Source: Escherichia coli (GTDB lineage Bacteria; Pseudomonadota; Gammaproteobacteria; Enterobacterales; Enterobacteriaceae). From it: a stretch of DNA of 64,000 nt. The stretch is from the NCBI RefSeq assembly GCF_003018255.1, contig NZ_CP027440.1. One strand, given 5' to 3'. Position numbers and translations under genes: made by a program. Positions 42,668-56,345 of the stretch are shown one piece after another. How positions within the stretch are numbered: the first letter of the stretch is position 1; each line of letters begins with the position of its first letter. The notes under the pieces are model-generated. The model was not told where the DNA came from, ran no database searches, and saw nothing but the letters and a program-made list of their open reading frames with translations.

Positions 42668-43501
42668 TCAGGCAATTTTGCGCAGAAAGCCGCAAATAAG
42701 ATTAATAAAGTTTTGCTTTGAGAGTTCCGCTGCTGCCAGCGTTTGGGCATGAGAAAGCTTCACGTCACTCAGACCTTCCGCCATGTTGGTAATCGCAGAG
42801 ACCGCAACGACTTTAAGTTCGCAATGGCGAGCTGAAATAACCTCAGGCACCACAGACATACCAACAACATCCCCACCAATAATTTGCATCATACGAATTT
42901 CCGCCGCAGTCTCGAAATTCGGCCCCGGATACGAGACGAACACGCCCTCCGTCAGAGGGAACCCCTCTTCTTTCGCCACTTTTTGTAACAGTGCGCGGTA
43001 TTCCGCATCGTAGGCATTCGCCAGCGAGAAGAAGCGCTCACCAAAACGTTCATCATTAAGACCCACCATCGGCGTTCCCGGCATGGTGTTGATGTGATCT
43101 TTCAATGCGACCAGACTGCCGGCCCCCACTTCAGGACGCAGTGAGCCAGCCGCATTGGTGCAGAACAGCAACTCGCAGCCCAGCAACTTAAAGGTACGGA
43201 TTGCATCCGTCATGATGGTCATCCCACGACCTTCGTAGAAATGTCCGCGACCTTTCATGCACGCCACTGGCACCCCCTGGAGATACCCCAGCACCAGCTC
43301 ACCCGCATGACCGTGTACGGTACTTACCGGGAACCCAGGCAGCTTTTCGTAGGAAATTGCGACCGCGTTCTCAATCTGATCGGCCAGCGCGCCCAGCCCG
43401 GAACCTAACATAAAGGCCACTCGTGGCGTGAAATCAGGTTTATAAGTCTTGATAATATCTACGCAATACAGTGGGTTATGAGAAAACTGAGCCTGAGACA
43501 T
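42668..43501 (-). CDS. xapA: Purine nucleoside phosphorylase II (xanthosine phosphorylase)
   Basis: 277-aa ORF of the PNP/MTAP family. Confidence 0.93.
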   Translation of the reverse strand: MSQAQFSHNPLYCVDIIKTYKPDFTPRVAFMLGSGLGALADQIENAVAISYEKLPGFPVSTVHGHAGELVLGYLQGVPVACMKGRGHFYEGRGMTIMTDAIRTFKLLGCELLFCTNAAGSLRPEVGAGSLVALKDHINTMPGTPMVGLNDERFGERFFSLANAYDAEYRALLQKVAKEEGFPLTEGVFVSYPGPNFETAAEIRMMQIIGGDVVGMSVVPEVISARHCELKVVAVSAITNMAEGLSDVKLSHAQTLAAAELSKQNFINLICGFLRKIA

Positions 43502-43749
43502 ATATATCCTTTTTTTGTAGGGTGGAATCTAACGCCTTTTTATAACGAGATTGCCCTACCTCATACCAATACACTTTTTTCATGTATCCGATAGTTATTC
43601 GATATCGATATATTTATATTTTTTCACTATTAATAGGCTGAAAAAACTGTATTGGTACTCTCCTTTCCCTTGCATTAACAATATGCCGCTTTTAATCAAC
43701 CTTTTTATTAAGCAATCAACTAATAACGATCGGCATAGGGAATTATGCT

Positions 43750-44514
43750 ATGAAAAAACATCTTTTTACTCTGACACTCTCTTCTGTATTGGCGATACCA
43801 GCAGTATCCCATGCAGAATTTAAAGGCGGTTTTGCTGATATAGGTATTCATTATCTTGACTGGACTAGCAGAACCACTGAGAAATCGTCGACCAAATCAC
43901 ACAAAGATGATTTTGGATATCTGGAACTGGAAGGCGGCGCTAACTTTAGTTGGGGAGAAATGTACGGGTTCTTCGACTGGGAAAACTTTTATAATGATCG
44001 TCATGATAAACCGGGTAGCGAGCAGCGTTATACCTTTAAAAATACCAACCGTATTTACCTGGGTGACACCGGATTTAATCTCTACTTGCATGCGTATGGC
44101 ACCTACGGTTCTGCGAATCGCGTGAATTTCCATGACGATATGTTCCTTTACGGTATCGGCTACAATTTCACCGGCAGCGGTTGGTGGTTCAAACCGTTCT
44201 TTGCAAAACGCTATACAGACCAAACCTATTATACCGGCGATAACGGTTATGTCGCCGGTTGGGTTGCAGGTTACAGCTTTATGCTGGGCAGTGAGAAATT
44301 CACCCTCACCAACTGGAACGAGTACGAGTTTGATCGTGATGCCACCTACGCGGCAGGTAATGGCGGCAAAGAAGGTCTGAACGGTGCCGTCGCACTTTGG
44401 TGGAATGCAACTTCACACATCACCACAGGAATTCAGTATCGTTATGCGGATGACAAACTGGGCGAAGATTTTTACCAGGATGCAATAATCTACTCCATCA
44501 AATTTAATTTCTGA
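43750..44514 (+). CDS. yfeN: Putative outer-membrane beta-barrel protein
   Basis: 254-aa ORF; signal peptide (MKKHLFTLTLSSVLAIPAVSHA), aromatic-rich alternating pattern, C-terminal Phe (IKFNF). Confidence 0.82.
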   Translation: MKKHLFTLTLSSVLAIPAVSHAEFKGGFADIGIHYLDWTSRTTEKSSTKSHKDDFGYLELEGGANFSWGEMYGFFDWENFYNDRHDKPGSEQRYTFKNTNRIYLGDTGFNLYLHAYGTYGSANRVNFHDDMFLYGIGYNFTGSGWWFKPFFAKRYTDQTYYTGDNGYVAGWVAGYSFMLGSEKFTLTNWNEYEFDRDATYAAGNGGKEGLNGAVALWWNATSHITTGIQYRYADDKLGEDFYQDAIIYSIKFNF

Positions 44515-44551
44515 TTGATTACTGCCGGGGCTCCCGGCAGTATGAATAGCT

Positions 44552-45478
44552 CTATATCTGATACAGCGGATCCCCTTCCCGCCCAGCCATTAGCGCACGG
44601 CCCTGGCCTCGTACCACTTCCCATAACGCTTGTGCGGCGGTGGAAAGTGAACGGTTCTTCCTGCGCACCAGCATCAACTGGCGTTCCACCACCGGCGTAA
44701 TGCGCTTTACCACCAGCGGGCTACCTTCAGGTAACGGCAGCGCCAGTGCGGGAAGAATACTAATGCCGATGCCTGCGGCTACCATCGGGAACAGCGTCGC
44801 CGGATGACCAATCTCCTGCACAATATTCGCCTGAATACCGTTGCGCGCCAGAGCTGCGTCAATCAGCGGTCGGCTGCCTGACGCGTAATCCTGCAACACC
44901 AATTTCGCTCCCTGTAATGCCTGCCAGGGTACATAATCTTCCGCGGCTAAAGCGCTATCGCGATGGCAAAGCAAGAAGAAAGGCTCGGAAAGAATCGCTT
45001 CACATTGCAGATCGCTCACTGGGCCTGGATCGATGACGATGCCAAAATCGACATCTCCCTGGCGAATACTTTCCATCACCCACTGCTGCGGACGATCGTG
45101 CAGGACAAACTGAATATCGGGATAGCGGCGATGGCTTTCAGCAATGCATTGCGGAATAAGATGCGCGGAAATGGTCTGGCTGGCAGCGACCCGAACTTTT
45201 CCGCTCAGTTGTTGCCCCATACGCCCGGTATCGCGCAACGTGCTGTTAAGTTCATCCAGCAGTCGCTCAAGACGCAAAGCCAACTGCTGCCCTGCATCTG
45301 TAAGCACCACTTCACGCGTGGTTCTGTCCAGCAGGCGAACACCAGTATGATTTTCCAGCTCCTTCACACTGTGACTTACTGCCGACTGACTCAGGCCGAT
45401 ACGCTCTCCTGCACGACTAAAACTTTTCTCCTGCGCTACTGTGACGAAAACCTTTAATTGTTTTAAAGAATAATTCAT
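44552..45478 (-). CDS. yfeR: LysR-family transcriptional regulator
   Basis: 308-aa ORF with N-terminal LysR HTH ([34 protein letters not shown]). Confidence 0.88.
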   Translation of the reverse strand: MNYSLKQLKVFVTVAQEKSFSRAGERIGLSQSAVSHSVKELENHTGVRLLDRTTREVVLTDAGQQLALRLERLLDELNSTLRDTGRMGQQLSGKVRVAASQTISAHLIPQCIAESHRRYPDIQFVLHDRPQQWVMESIRQGDVDFGIVIDPGPVSDLQCEAILSEPFFLLCHRDSALAAEDYVPWQALQGAKLVLQDYASGSRPLIDAALARNGIQANIVQEIGHPATLFPMVAAGIGISILPALALPLPEGSPLVVKRITPVVERQLMLVRRKNRSLSTAAQALWEVVRGQGRALMAGREGDPLYQI

Positions 45479-45567
45479 CTGTTTTTTTCATGAATGGATG
45501 CAATAAATCAATTTTATTTCTCAAACTGGAAGAAGCACAATAGAACCATCGATCATCTGGAGTCTTT

Positions 45568-46566
45568 ATGAAACTTTTTCGTATCCTCGATCCTTTCACC
45601 TTAACCCTGATCACGGTGGTGTTGCTGGCCTCTTTCTTTCCGGCCAGAGGCGATTTCGTCCCCTTCTTTGAAAATCTGACCACTGCAGCGATTGCTCTGC
45701 TGTTCTTTATGCACGGCGCGAAGTTGTCGCGTGAGGCGATTATTGCTGGCGGTGGGCACTGGCGACTGCATTTGTGGGTAATGTGCAGCACCTTCGTATT
45801 GTTTCCGATTCTGGGCGTGCTGTTTGCCTGGTGGAAACCGGTAAATGTCGACCCGATGCTCTACTCCGGTTTTCTCTACTTGTGCATTCTCCCCGCTACC
45901 GTGCAGTCTGCAATCGCCTTTACTTCAATGGCGGGCGGTAACGTCGCGGCAGCGGTTTGTTCTGCGTCAGCATCCAGCCTGTTGGGGATTTTCCTTTCAC
46001 CATTGCTGGTTGGTCTGGTGATGAATGTTCACGGTGCGGGAGGCAGCCTTGAGCAGGTCGGTAAAATTATGCTGCAATTGCTACTGCCGTTTGTGTTGGG
46101 GCATCTTTCCCGGCCGTGGATTGGTGACTGGGTGTCGCGCAATAAAAAATGGATTGCGAAAACTGACCAGACGTCCATTCTGTTGGTGGTTTATACGGCA
46201 TTCAGCGAAGCCGTCGTTAACGGTATCTGGCACAAAGTTGGCTGGGGATCATTGCTGTTTATCGTGGTGGTCAGTTGCGTTCTTCTGGCTATCGTGATTG
46301 TAGTTAACGTCTTTATGGCACGCCGACTGGGCTTCAATAAGGCAGATGAAATTACTATCGTCTTTTGTGGTTCGAAAAAGAGTCTGGCAAATGGCATCCC
46401 GATGGCAAACATTCTGTTCCCCACATCGGTGATCGGTATGATGGTGCTGCCCCTGATGATTTTCCATCAGATCCAATTGATGGTCTGTGCGGTGCTGGCG
46501 CGTCGATACAAACGCCAGACCGAACAGTTACAGGCGCAGCAGGAAAGCAGCGCCGATAAAGCTTAA
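45568..46566 (+). CDS. yfeH: Putative BASS-family (bile acid:sodium symporter-like) transporter
   Basis: 332-aa polytopic ORF divergent from yfeR. Confidence 0.85.
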   Translation: MKLFRILDPFTLTLITVVLLASFFPARGDFVPFFENLTTAAIALLFFMHGAKLSREAIIAGGGHWRLHLWVMCSTFVLFPILGVLFAWWKPVNVDPMLYSGFLYLCILPATVQSAIAFTSMAGGNVAAAVCSASASSLLGIFLSPLLVGLVMNVHGAGGSLEQVGKIMLQLLLPFVLGHLSRPWIGDWVSRNKKWIAKTDQTSILLVVYTAFSEAVVNGIWHKVGWGSLLFIVVVSCVLLAIVIVVNVFMARRLGFNKADEITIVFCGSKKSLANGIPMANILFPTSVIGMMVLPLMIFHQIQLMVCAVLARRYKRQTEQLQAQQESSADKA

Positions 46567-46781
46567 AGCGGACGCTTCAGGGGCTGGACCAGTTGCGTCA
46601 GCCCCTCGGTTTTAATCAGCAGCGTGATTTGCATTAGCTCACCGAGCTTCCCTGCCGGGAACTCATCTTTGCGGGCAAACCACAGCAGATACTCCTCCGG
46701 CAGGTCGATTAAGCGACGCCCTTTGTACTTGCCAAACGGCATTATCGTATTGGCTATTTCAATCAGCTGCTCTTTTTCCAT
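46563..46781 (-). CDS. ypeB: Small conserved protein downstream of ligA
   Basis: Start chosen at MEKEQLIEIANTIMPFGKYKG (72 aa), just downstream of the ligA stop; the longer track ORF from 46874 would overlap ligA. Confidence 0.75.
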   Translation of the reverse strand: MEKEQLIEIANTIMPFGKYKGRRLIDLPEEYLLWFARKDEFPAGKLGELMQITLLIKTEGLTQLVQPLKRPL

Positions 46782-46782
46782 C

Positions 46783-48807
<2,025 letters not shown>

Positions 48808-48812
48808 TCAAT

Positions 48813-48838
48813 GCTAAAAACCCCCGACAAGCGGGGGT
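48813..48838 (-). terminator. Intrinsic terminator after zipA
   Basis: Minus strand: CCCCCGC-TTGT-CGGGGG followed by TTTTT. Confidence 0.7.
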
Positions 48839-48868
48839 TCGAAGAGGAGTTAATTTGCCTTAAGTGTA

Positions 48869-49867
48869 TCAGGCGTTGGCGTCTTTGACTTCGCGGATGA
48901 TGTCCTGGTACTCGCGCAATTTCTGCGGAGTCATCATACGGCGCTGATCGTCAAGAACAACACCGCCCACTTCATCGGCAATATGCTGCGCAGATTGCAG
49001 CATCAGCTTGAAGTTCTGCAGCTCGTCACCGTAAGACGGTACCTGCATAAAGATAGTGACACCCGGAGTAGTGAAATCCTTCATTTCAGGATCAAAGGTT
49101 CCCGGTTTCACCATATTCGCCAGGCTAAATAACGCCGGGCCGCTGCCATCCGGGCTAAGATGACGATGGTAAATATTCATATCGCCAAAAATGAAGCCCG
49201 CTTGTTGAATGCTGTTAAGAAGCAGTTCACCGTTTAGCTCGCTACCGTGATGCGCCGCGACGTTCATGATAATCACCGCTTCTTTGCGCTTCGGTTTATC
49301 CATAACTGGAGCCGGTTCCGCTACAGGCTCAGGCTGTGGTGCCGCTACGGGTTCTGCAGGCTGGAAAGCCTGTTGTGCCGGTTGCGGTGCTGAATGCACT
49401 GGCTGCGGCGCTGGCGCGACCTGTGGCGAAACTGGCTGCTGCAACGGCTGTTCAGGCTGCGGCTGATAGGCAGGCTGCTGCACGGGTTGCTGCACCGGCT
49501 GCGCTGGACGCGGAGCATGTTGCGGCGGTACCTGCGCTTCAGGCGGCTGCTGGACCGGTTGACGCGGCTGCGCAGACGCATAAGGCGGTTGGTACTGGTG
49601 TTGCGGCGACGGACGAGCAGCCTCATGCTCCTGGGCGTTAGCCGGGGCATGATTCACGCGGTGAACTCGAACCTCACCAACGCCCTCATCATCTTCGACA
49701 TCCTCGTCATAAGAATCGTCGTCACGTTTTGACTTCATTCGTTTTAATGGCCGATCGCGGAACATAGAAGATCGTTCTTTACGGCTGGTCCAGAAACCAT
49801 GTACCAGTAAAGCGATTATGGCGATCGCGCCAACAATGATTAATATCAGACGCAAATCCTGCATCAT
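48869..49867 (-). CDS. zipA: Cell-division protein ZipA (FtsZ membrane anchor)
   Basis: N-terminal TM ([22 protein letters not shown]), charged region, long P/Q-rich linker, C-terminal FtsZ-binding domain; start taken at MMQDL rather than upstream ATG at 49918. Confidence 0.9.
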
Positions 49868-50096
49868 TATATTCTCTGTTGTTCTAACACCTTGCCACCA
49901 CGGCAAACATTTACTCACTAAGAGTATTTGCCGATTACCTCAAGTGCAAGTGCACTATTAACTTTCACAGCACAAAGATAGATGAAATCGTGCTTTTTGC
50001 TGTTTTTTCGAACATATCCTAACTGTCCATTGCGCAATTACCCGGTAAAATACGCAGAATTTTCCTGGGATTGGTCAAAAGGAGCTCATCCTGATT

Positions 50097-50858
50097 ATGG
50101 TTTCATCATTCACATCTGCCCCACGCAGCGGTTTTTACTATTTTGCGCAAGGCTGGAAGCTCGTCTCGCAACCTGGGATTCGGCGTTTCGTTATTTTACC
50201 GCTGCTGGTCAATATTTTGTTGATGGGGGGCGCATTCTGGTGGCTCTTTACGCAACTCGATGTCTGGATCCCGACTCTCATGAGTTATGTTCCGGACTGG
50301 TTACAATGGCTGAGCTATCTGTTGTGGCCTCTGGCTGTCATCTCTGTGCTGTTAGTGTTTGGCTATTTCTTCTCAACGATTGCTAACTGGATTGCCGCTC
50401 CGTTCAATGGTTTATTGGCTGAACAACTGGAAGCACGATTGACTGGCGCTACACCGCCAGATACCGGGATTTTCGGTATCATGAAAGATGTGCCGCGAAT
50501 CATGAAACGCGAATGGCAAAAATTTGCCTGGTATCTGCCGCGCGCAATTGTATTGCTAATTCTTTACTTCATCCCTGGTATTGGGCAAACCGTCGCGCCG
50601 GTACTGTGGTTCCTGTTTAGCGCCTGGATGTTAGCCATCCAGTATTGCGATTACCCCTTCGATAACCACAAAGTGCCGTTTAAAGAGATGCGCACCGCCC
50701 TGCGCACACGCAAAATCACCAATATGCAGTTTGGTGCTTTAACCAGCCTGTTTACGATGATCCCTCTGCTTAATCTGTTCATCATGCCCGTTGCCGTTTG
50801 TGGTGCGACGGCGATGTGGGTCGATTGCTATCGCGATAAACACGCGATGTGGCGGTAA
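50097..50858 (+). CDS. cysZ: Sulfate transporter CysZ
   Basis: 253-aa membrane ORF divergent from zipA, upstream of cysK. Confidence 0.92.
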
Positions 50859-51042
50859 CAATCTACCGGTTATTTTGTAAACCGCTTGTGTGAAACAGGG
50901 GTGGCTTATGCCGCCCCTTATTCCATCTTGCATGTCATTATTTCCCTTCTGCATATAGATATGCTAAATCCTTACTTCCGCATATTCTCTGAGCGGGTAT
51001 GCTACCTGTTGTATCCCAATTTCATACAGTTAAGGACAGGCC

Positions 51043-52014
51043 ATGAGTAAGATTTTTGAAGATAACTCGCTGACTATCGGTCACACGCCGCTGGTTCGCC
51101 TGAATCGCATCGGTAACGGACGCATTCTGGCGAAGGTGGAATCTCGTAACCCCAGCTTCAGCGTTAAGTGCCGTATCGGTGCCAACATGATTTGGGATGC
51201 CGAAAAGCGCGGCGTGCTGAAACCAGGCGTTGAACTGGTTGAACCAACCAGCGGTAATACCGGGATTGCACTGGCCTATGTCGCTGCCGCTCGCGGTTAC
51301 AAACTCACCCTGACTATGCCAGAAACCATGAGTATTGAACGCCGCAAGCTGCTGAAAGCGTTAGGTGCAAACCTGGTGCTGACCGAAGGTGCTAAAGGCA
51401 TGAAAGGCGCAATCCAAAAAGCAGAAGAAATTGTCGCCAGCAATCCAGAGAAATACCTGCTGCTGCAACAATTCAGCAATCCGGCAAACCCTGAAATTCA
51501 CGAAAAAACCACCGGTCCGGAGATCTGGGAAGATACCGACGGTCAGGTTGATGTATTTATTGCTGGCGTTGGGACTGGCGGTACGCTGACTGGCGTCAGC
51601 CGCTACATTAAAGGCACCAAAGGCAAGACTGATCTTATATCTGTCGCCGTTGAGCCAACCGATTCTCCAGTTATCGCCCAGGCGCTGGCAGGTGAAGAGA
51701 TTAAACCTGGTCCGCATAAAATTCAGGGTATTGGCGCTGGTTTTATCCCGGCTAACCTTGATCTCAAGCTGGTCGACAAAGTCATTGGCATCACCAATGA
51801 AGAAGCCATTTCTACCGCACGTCGTCTGATGGAAGAAGAAGGTATTCTTGCTGGTATCTCTTCTGGAGCAGCTGTTGCTGCGGCGTTGAAACTACAAGAA
51901 GATGAAAGCTTTACCAATAAGAATATTGTGGTTATTCTGCCGTCATCGGGTGAGCGTTATTTAAGCACTGCATTGTTTGCCGATCTTTTCACTGAGAAAG
52001 AACTGCAACAGTAA
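51043..52014 (+). CDS. cysK: O-acetylserine sulfhydrylase A (cysteine synthase A)
   Basis: 323-aa ORF; PLP-lysine motif ([11 protein letters not shown]); paralogous to cysM in this window. Confidence 0.96.
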   Translation: MSKIFEDNSLTIGHTPLVRLNRIGNGRILAKVESRNPSFSVKCRIGANMIWDAEKRGVLKPGVELVEPTSGNTGIALAYVAAARGYKLTLTMPETMSIERRKLLKALGANLVLTEGAKGMKGAIQKAEEIVASNPEKYLLLQQFSNPANPEIHEKTTGPEIWEDTDGQVDVFIAGVGTGGTLTGVSRYIKGTKGKTDLISVAVEPTDSPVIAQALAGEEIKPGPHKIQGIGAGFIPANLDLKLVDKVIGITNEEAISTARRLMEEEGILAGISSGAAVAAALKLQEDESFTNKNIVVILPSSGERYLSTALFADLFTEKELQQ

Positions 52015-52036
52015 TGCCAGCTTGTAAAAAATGCGT

Positions 52037-52064
52037 AAAAAAGCACCTTTTCAGGTGCTTTTTT
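52037..52064 (+). terminator. Intrinsic terminator after cysK
   Basis: AAAAGCACC-TTTTCAG-GGTGC-TTTTTT. Confidence 0.8.
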
Positions 52065-52397
52065 GTGGCCTGCTTCAAACTTTCGCCCCTCCTGGCATTG
52101 ATTCAGCCTGCCGGAACTGGTATTTAACCAGACTAATTATTTTGATGCGCGAAATTAATCGTTACAGGAAAAGCCAAAGCTGAATCGATTTTATGATTTG
52201 GTTCAATTCTTCCTTTAGCGGCATAATGTTTAATGACGTACGAAACGTCAGCGGTCAACACCCGCCAGCAATGGACTGTATTACGCTCTTCGTGCGTCGC
52301 GTCTGTTAAAAACTGGCGCTAACAATACAGGCTAAAGTCGAACCGCCAGGCTAGACTTTAGTTCCACAACACTAAACCTATAAGTTGGGGAAATACA

Positions 52398-52655
52398 ATG
52401 TTCCAGCAAGAAGTTACCATTACCGCTCCGAACGGTCTGCACACCCGCCCTGCTGCCCAGTTTGTAAAAGAAGCTAAGGGCTTCACTTCTGAAATTACTG
52501 TGACTTCCAACGGCAAAAGCGCCAGCGCGAAAAGCCTGTTTAAACTGCAGACTCTGGGCCTGACTCAAGGTACCGTTGTGACTATCTCCGCAGAAGGCGA
52601 AGACGAGCAGAAAGCGGTTGAACATCTGGTTAAACTGATGGCGGAACTCGAGTAA
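52398..52655 (+). CDS. ptsH: Phosphocarrier protein HPr
   Basis: 85-aa ORF; active-site His15 context ([11 protein letters not shown]) and Ser46 region. Confidence 0.97.
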
Positions 52656-52699
52656 TTTCCCGGGTTCTTTTAAAAATCAGTCACAAGTAAGGTAGGGTT

Positions 52700-54427
52700 A
52701 TGATTTCAGGCATTTTAGCATCCCCGGGTATCGCTTTCGGTAAAGCTCTGCTTCTGAAAGAAGACGAAATTGTCATTGACCGGAAAAAAATTTCTGCCGA
52801 CCAGGTTGATCAGGAAGTTGAACGTTTTCTGAGCGGTCGTGCCAAGGCATCAGCCCAGCTGGAAACGATCAAAACGAAAGCTGGTGAAACGTTCGGTGAA
52901 GAAAAAGAAGCCATCTTTGAAGGGCATATTATGCTGCTCGAAGATGAGGAGCTGGAGCAGGAAATCATAGCCCTGATTAAAGATAAGCACATGACAGCTG
53001 ACGCAGCTGCTCATGAAGTTATCGAAGGTCAGGCTTCTGCCCTGGAAGAGCTGGATGATGAATACCTGAAAGAACGTGCGGCTGACGTACGTGATATCGG
53101 TAAGCGCCTTCTGCGCAACATCCTGGGCCTGAAGATTATCGACCTGAGCGCCATTCAGGATGAAGTCATTCTGGTTGCCGCTGATCTGACGCCGTCCGAA
53201 ACCGCACAGCTGAACCTGAAGAAGGTGCTGGGTTTCATCACCGACGCGGGTGGCCGTACTTCCCACACCTCTATCATGGCGCGTTCTCTGGAACTGCCTG
53301 CTATCGTGGGTACCGGTAGCGTCACCTCTCAGGTGAAAAATGACGACTATCTGATTCTGGATGCCGTAAATAATCAGGTTTACGTCAATCCAACCAACGA
53401 AGTTATTGATAAAATGCGCGCTGTTCAGGAGCAAGTGGCTTCTGAAAAAGCAGAGCTTGCTAAACTGAAAGATCTGCCAGCTATTACGCTGGACGGTCAC
53501 CAGGTAGAAGTGTGCGCTAACATTGGTACGGTTCGTGACGTTGAAGGTGCAGAGCGTAACGGCGCTGAAGGCGTTGGTCTGTATCGTACTGAGTTCCTGT
53601 TCATGGACCGCGACGCGCTGCCCACTGAAGAAGAACAGTTTGCTGCTTACAAAGCAGTGGCTGAAGCGTGTGGCTCGCAGGCGGTTATCGTTCGTACCAT
53701 GGACATCGGCGGCGACAAAGAGCTGCCATACATGAACTTCCCGAAAGAAGAGAACCCGTTCCTCGGCTGGCGCGCTATCCGTATCGCGATGGACCGTAAA
53801 GAGATCCTGCGCGATCAGCTCCGCGCTATCCTGCGTGCCTCGGCTTTCGGTAAATTGCGCATTATGTTCCCGATGATCATCTCTGTTGAAGAAGTACGTG
53901 CACTGCGCAAAGAGATCGAAATCTACAAACAGGAACTGCGCGACGAAGGTAAAGCGTTTGACGAGTCAATTGAAATCGGCGTAATGGTGGAAACACCGGC
54001 TGCCGCAACAATTGCACGTCATTTAGCCAAAGAAGTTGATTTCTTTAGTATCGGCACCAATGATTTAACGCAGTACACTCTGGCAGTTGACCGTGGTAAT
54101 GATATGATTTCACACCTTTACCAGCCAATGTCACCGTCCGTGCTGAACTTGATCAAGCAAGTTATTGATGCTTCTCATGCTGAAGGCAAATGGACTGGCA
54201 TGTGTGGTGAGCTTGCAGGCGATGAACGTGCTACACTTCTGTTGCTGGGGATGGGTCTGGACGAATTCTCTATGAGCGCCATTTCTATCCCGCGCATTAA
54301 GAAGATTATCCGTAACACGAACTTCGAAGATGCGAAGGTGTTAGCAGAGCAGGCTCTTGCTCAACCGACAACGGACGAGTTAATGACGCTGGTTAACAAG
54401 TTCATTGAAGAAAAAACAATCTGCTAA
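52700..54427 (+). CDS. ptsI: PTS Enzyme I (PEP-protein phosphotransferase)
   Basis: 575-aa ORF; phospho-His region ([15 protein letters not shown]) and PEP-binding domain. Confidence 0.97.
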   Translation: MISGILASPGIAFGKALLLKEDEIVIDRKKISADQVDQEVERFLSGRAKASAQLETIKTKAGETFGEEKEAIFEGHIMLLEDEELEQEIIALIKDKHMTADAAAHEVIEGQASALEELDDEYLKERAADVRDIGKRLLRNILGLKIIDLSAIQDEVILVAADLTPSETAQLNLKKVLGFITDAGGRTSHTSIMARSLELPAIVGTGSVTSQVKNDDYLILDAVNNQVYVNPTNEVIDKMRAVQEQVASEKAELAKLKDLPAITLDGHQVEVCANIGTVRDVEGAERNGAEGVGLYRTEFLFMDRDALPTEEEQFAAYKAVAEACGSQAVIVRTMDIGGDKELPYMNFPKEENPFLGWRAIRIAMDRKEILRDQLRAILRASAFGKLRIMFPMIISVEEVRALRKEIEIYKQELRDEGKAFDESIEIGVMVETPAAATIARHLAKEVDFFSIGTNDLTQYTLAVDRGNDMISHLYQPMSPSVLNLIKQVIDASHAEGKWTGMCGELAGDERATLLLLGMGLDEFSMSAISIPRIKKIIRNTNFEDAKVLAEQALAQPTTDELMTLVNKFIEEKTIC

Positions 54428-54467
54428 TCCACGAGATGCGGCCCAATTTACTGCTTAGGAGAAGATC

Positions 54468-54977
54468 ATGGGTTTGTTCGATAAACTGAAATCTCTGGTT
54501 TCCGACGACAAGAAGGATACCGGAACTATTGAGATCATTGCTCCGCTCTCTGGCGAGATCGTCAATATCGAAGACGTGCCGGATGTCGTTTTTGCGGAAA
54601 AAATCGTTGGTGATGGCATTGCTATCAAACCAACTGGAAACAAAATGGTCGCGCCTGTAGACGGCACCATTGGTAAAATCTTTGAAACCAACCACGCGTT
54701 CTCTATCGAATCTGATAGCGGCGTTGAACTGTTCGTCCACTTCGGTATCGACACCGTTGAACTGAAAGGCGAAGGCTTCAAGCGTATTGCTGAAGAAGGT
54801 CAGCGCGTGAAAGTTGGCGATACTGTCATTGAATTTGATCTGCCGCTGCTGGAAGAGAAAGCCAAGTCTACCCTGACTCCGGTTGTTATCTCCAACATGG
54901 ACGAAATCAAAGAACTGATCAAACTGTCCGGTAGCGTGACTGTGGGTGAAACCCCGGTTATCCGCATCAAGAAGTAA
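54468..54977 (+). CDS. crr: Glucose-specific PTS EIIA (EIIA-Glc)
   Basis: 169-aa ORF, last gene of ptsHI-crr. Confidence 0.97.
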
Positions 54978-54991
54978 TTCTTGCCGCAGTG

Positions 54992-55020
54992 AAAAATGGC
55001 GCCCATCGGCGCCATTTTTT
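54992..55020. terminator. Bidirectional intrinsic terminator shared by crr and pdxK
   Basis: AAAAATGGCGCC-CATC-GGCGCCATTTTTT; the T-tract overlaps the pdxK stop codon (55019-55021 on minus). Confidence 0.8.
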
Positions 55021-55870
55021 ATGCTTCCGCCAGCGGCGGCAAAATCAATTCATCGCTCTCATGCTGCTGGGTGTAGCGCATCACTTCCAGTACGCGCAAC
55101 CCCGCACGGTGCACCGCATCGTTTAACGCCTTCCCTTTCAGCAAACCACTGATAAGCTGAGCACAAAACAGGTCGCCAGTCCCTTTCAGGTCGGTTTTTA
55201 CCCGTGAATGGGAAATGACATTCACGCTGTCGGCACTGACCACCACCACCTGCATCTCCTGATTTTCTTCATTACCGGAGGCGCTGGTAATCACCACCCA
55301 TTTTAATGTGTCTGAAAGCAGACTTTTTGCGGCAGCAATGGCACTGTCGAGATCGCGGCAATTTTTACCGGTCAGGATTTCCAGCTCAAAAATATTGGGG
55401 GTAATTCCCTGCGCCAGCGGCAGTAAATATTGTCGATACGCCTCGGGAAGGTCAGGTTTGACATAAATTCCGCTATCAATATCGCCAATCACTGGATCGA
55501 CCATGATCAATAGGTCAGGATGGTCTTTGCGTAGCGCAGTCAGCCACTCGGCAAGGATTTTGATTTGCGATGACGTTCCCATATAGCCCGTGGTTACAGC
55601 ACGAAGTTGGCGCAACGCATCACGCTCCTGAAGCGCACGCAAATAGCCGCTAAACCATTCGTCCGGAATCGCACCACCGTAGAAAGTGTCATAATGCGGT
55701 GTATTGCTCAGCAATACCGTCGGCACGGCAAAGACATTCAGGCCGTTCTGTTTTATAGCAGGCACCGCAATGCTGTTGCCTACGCTGCCGTACACTACCT
55801 GCGACTGCACGGCGACGATATCCGCCTGCAATGCCCTGCTCTTATCGTTAAACAACAACAAACTACTCAT
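55019..55870 (-). CDS. pdxK: Pyridoxal/pyridoxine/pyridoxamine kinase
   Basis: 283-aa ORF of the ribokinase-like PdxK family. Confidence 0.93.
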   Translation of the reverse strand: MSSLLLFNDKSRALQADIVAVQSQVVYGSVGNSIAVPAIKQNGLNVFAVPTVLLSNTPHYDTFYGGAIPDEWFSGYLRALQERDALRQLRAVTTGYMGTSSQIKILAEWLTALRKDHPDLLIMVDPVIGDIDSGIYVKPDLPEAYRQYLLPLAQGITPNIFELEILTGKNCRDLDSAIAAAKSLLSDTLKWVVITSASGNEENQEMQVVVVSADSVNVISHSRVKTDLKGTGDLFCAQLISGLLKGKALNDAVHRAGLRVLEVMRYTQQHESDELILPPLAEA

Positions 55871-55883
55871 TTAATTTTTTCTC

Positions 55884-55949
<66 letters not shown>

Positions 55950-55974
55950 CACAAAACAAGGATAAGGTAATTCA

Positions 55975-56343
55975 ATGAAGAAAATCATTTGTCTGGTCAT
56001 TACGCTGCTAATGACACTCCCCGTTTACGCGAAGTTAACTGCCCATGAAGAAGCCCGTATCAACGCCATGCTGGAGGGATTAGCACAGAAAAAGGATTTG
56101 ATATTTGTGCGTAACGGCGATGAACATACCTGCGATGAAGCGGTTTCCCACCTGCGTCTGAAGCTCGGCAATACCCGTAACCGCATTGACACTGCCGAGC
56201 AGTTTATTGATAAGGTAGCCTCGTCGTCATCGATTACCGGGAAGCCGTATATCGTGAAGATGCCCGGTAAAAGCGATGAGAACGCACAACCTTTTTTACA
56301 TGCGCTGATTGCGCAGACGGATAAAACGGTGCCTGCGCAATAA
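55975..56343 (+). CDS. yfeK: Small secreted protein of unknown function
   Basis: 122-aa ORF with signal peptide ([19 protein letters not shown]); divergent from pdxK. Confidence 0.82.
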   Translation: MKKIICLVITLLMTLPVYAKLTAHEEARINAMLEGLAQKKDLIFVRNGDEHTCDEAVSHLRLKLGNTRNRIDTAEQFIDKVASSSSITGKPYIVKMPGKSDENAQPFLHALIAQTDKTVPAQ

Positions 56344-56345
56344 TC

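Noticed and set aside
49266-49732. Four track ORFs (66-112 aa) in alternative frames and on the opposite strand inside zipA
   Set aside because: They are low-complexity translations of the CAG/CCG-rich linker repeats (runs of A, R, L, C), with no independent start signals; artefacts of repeat DNA.
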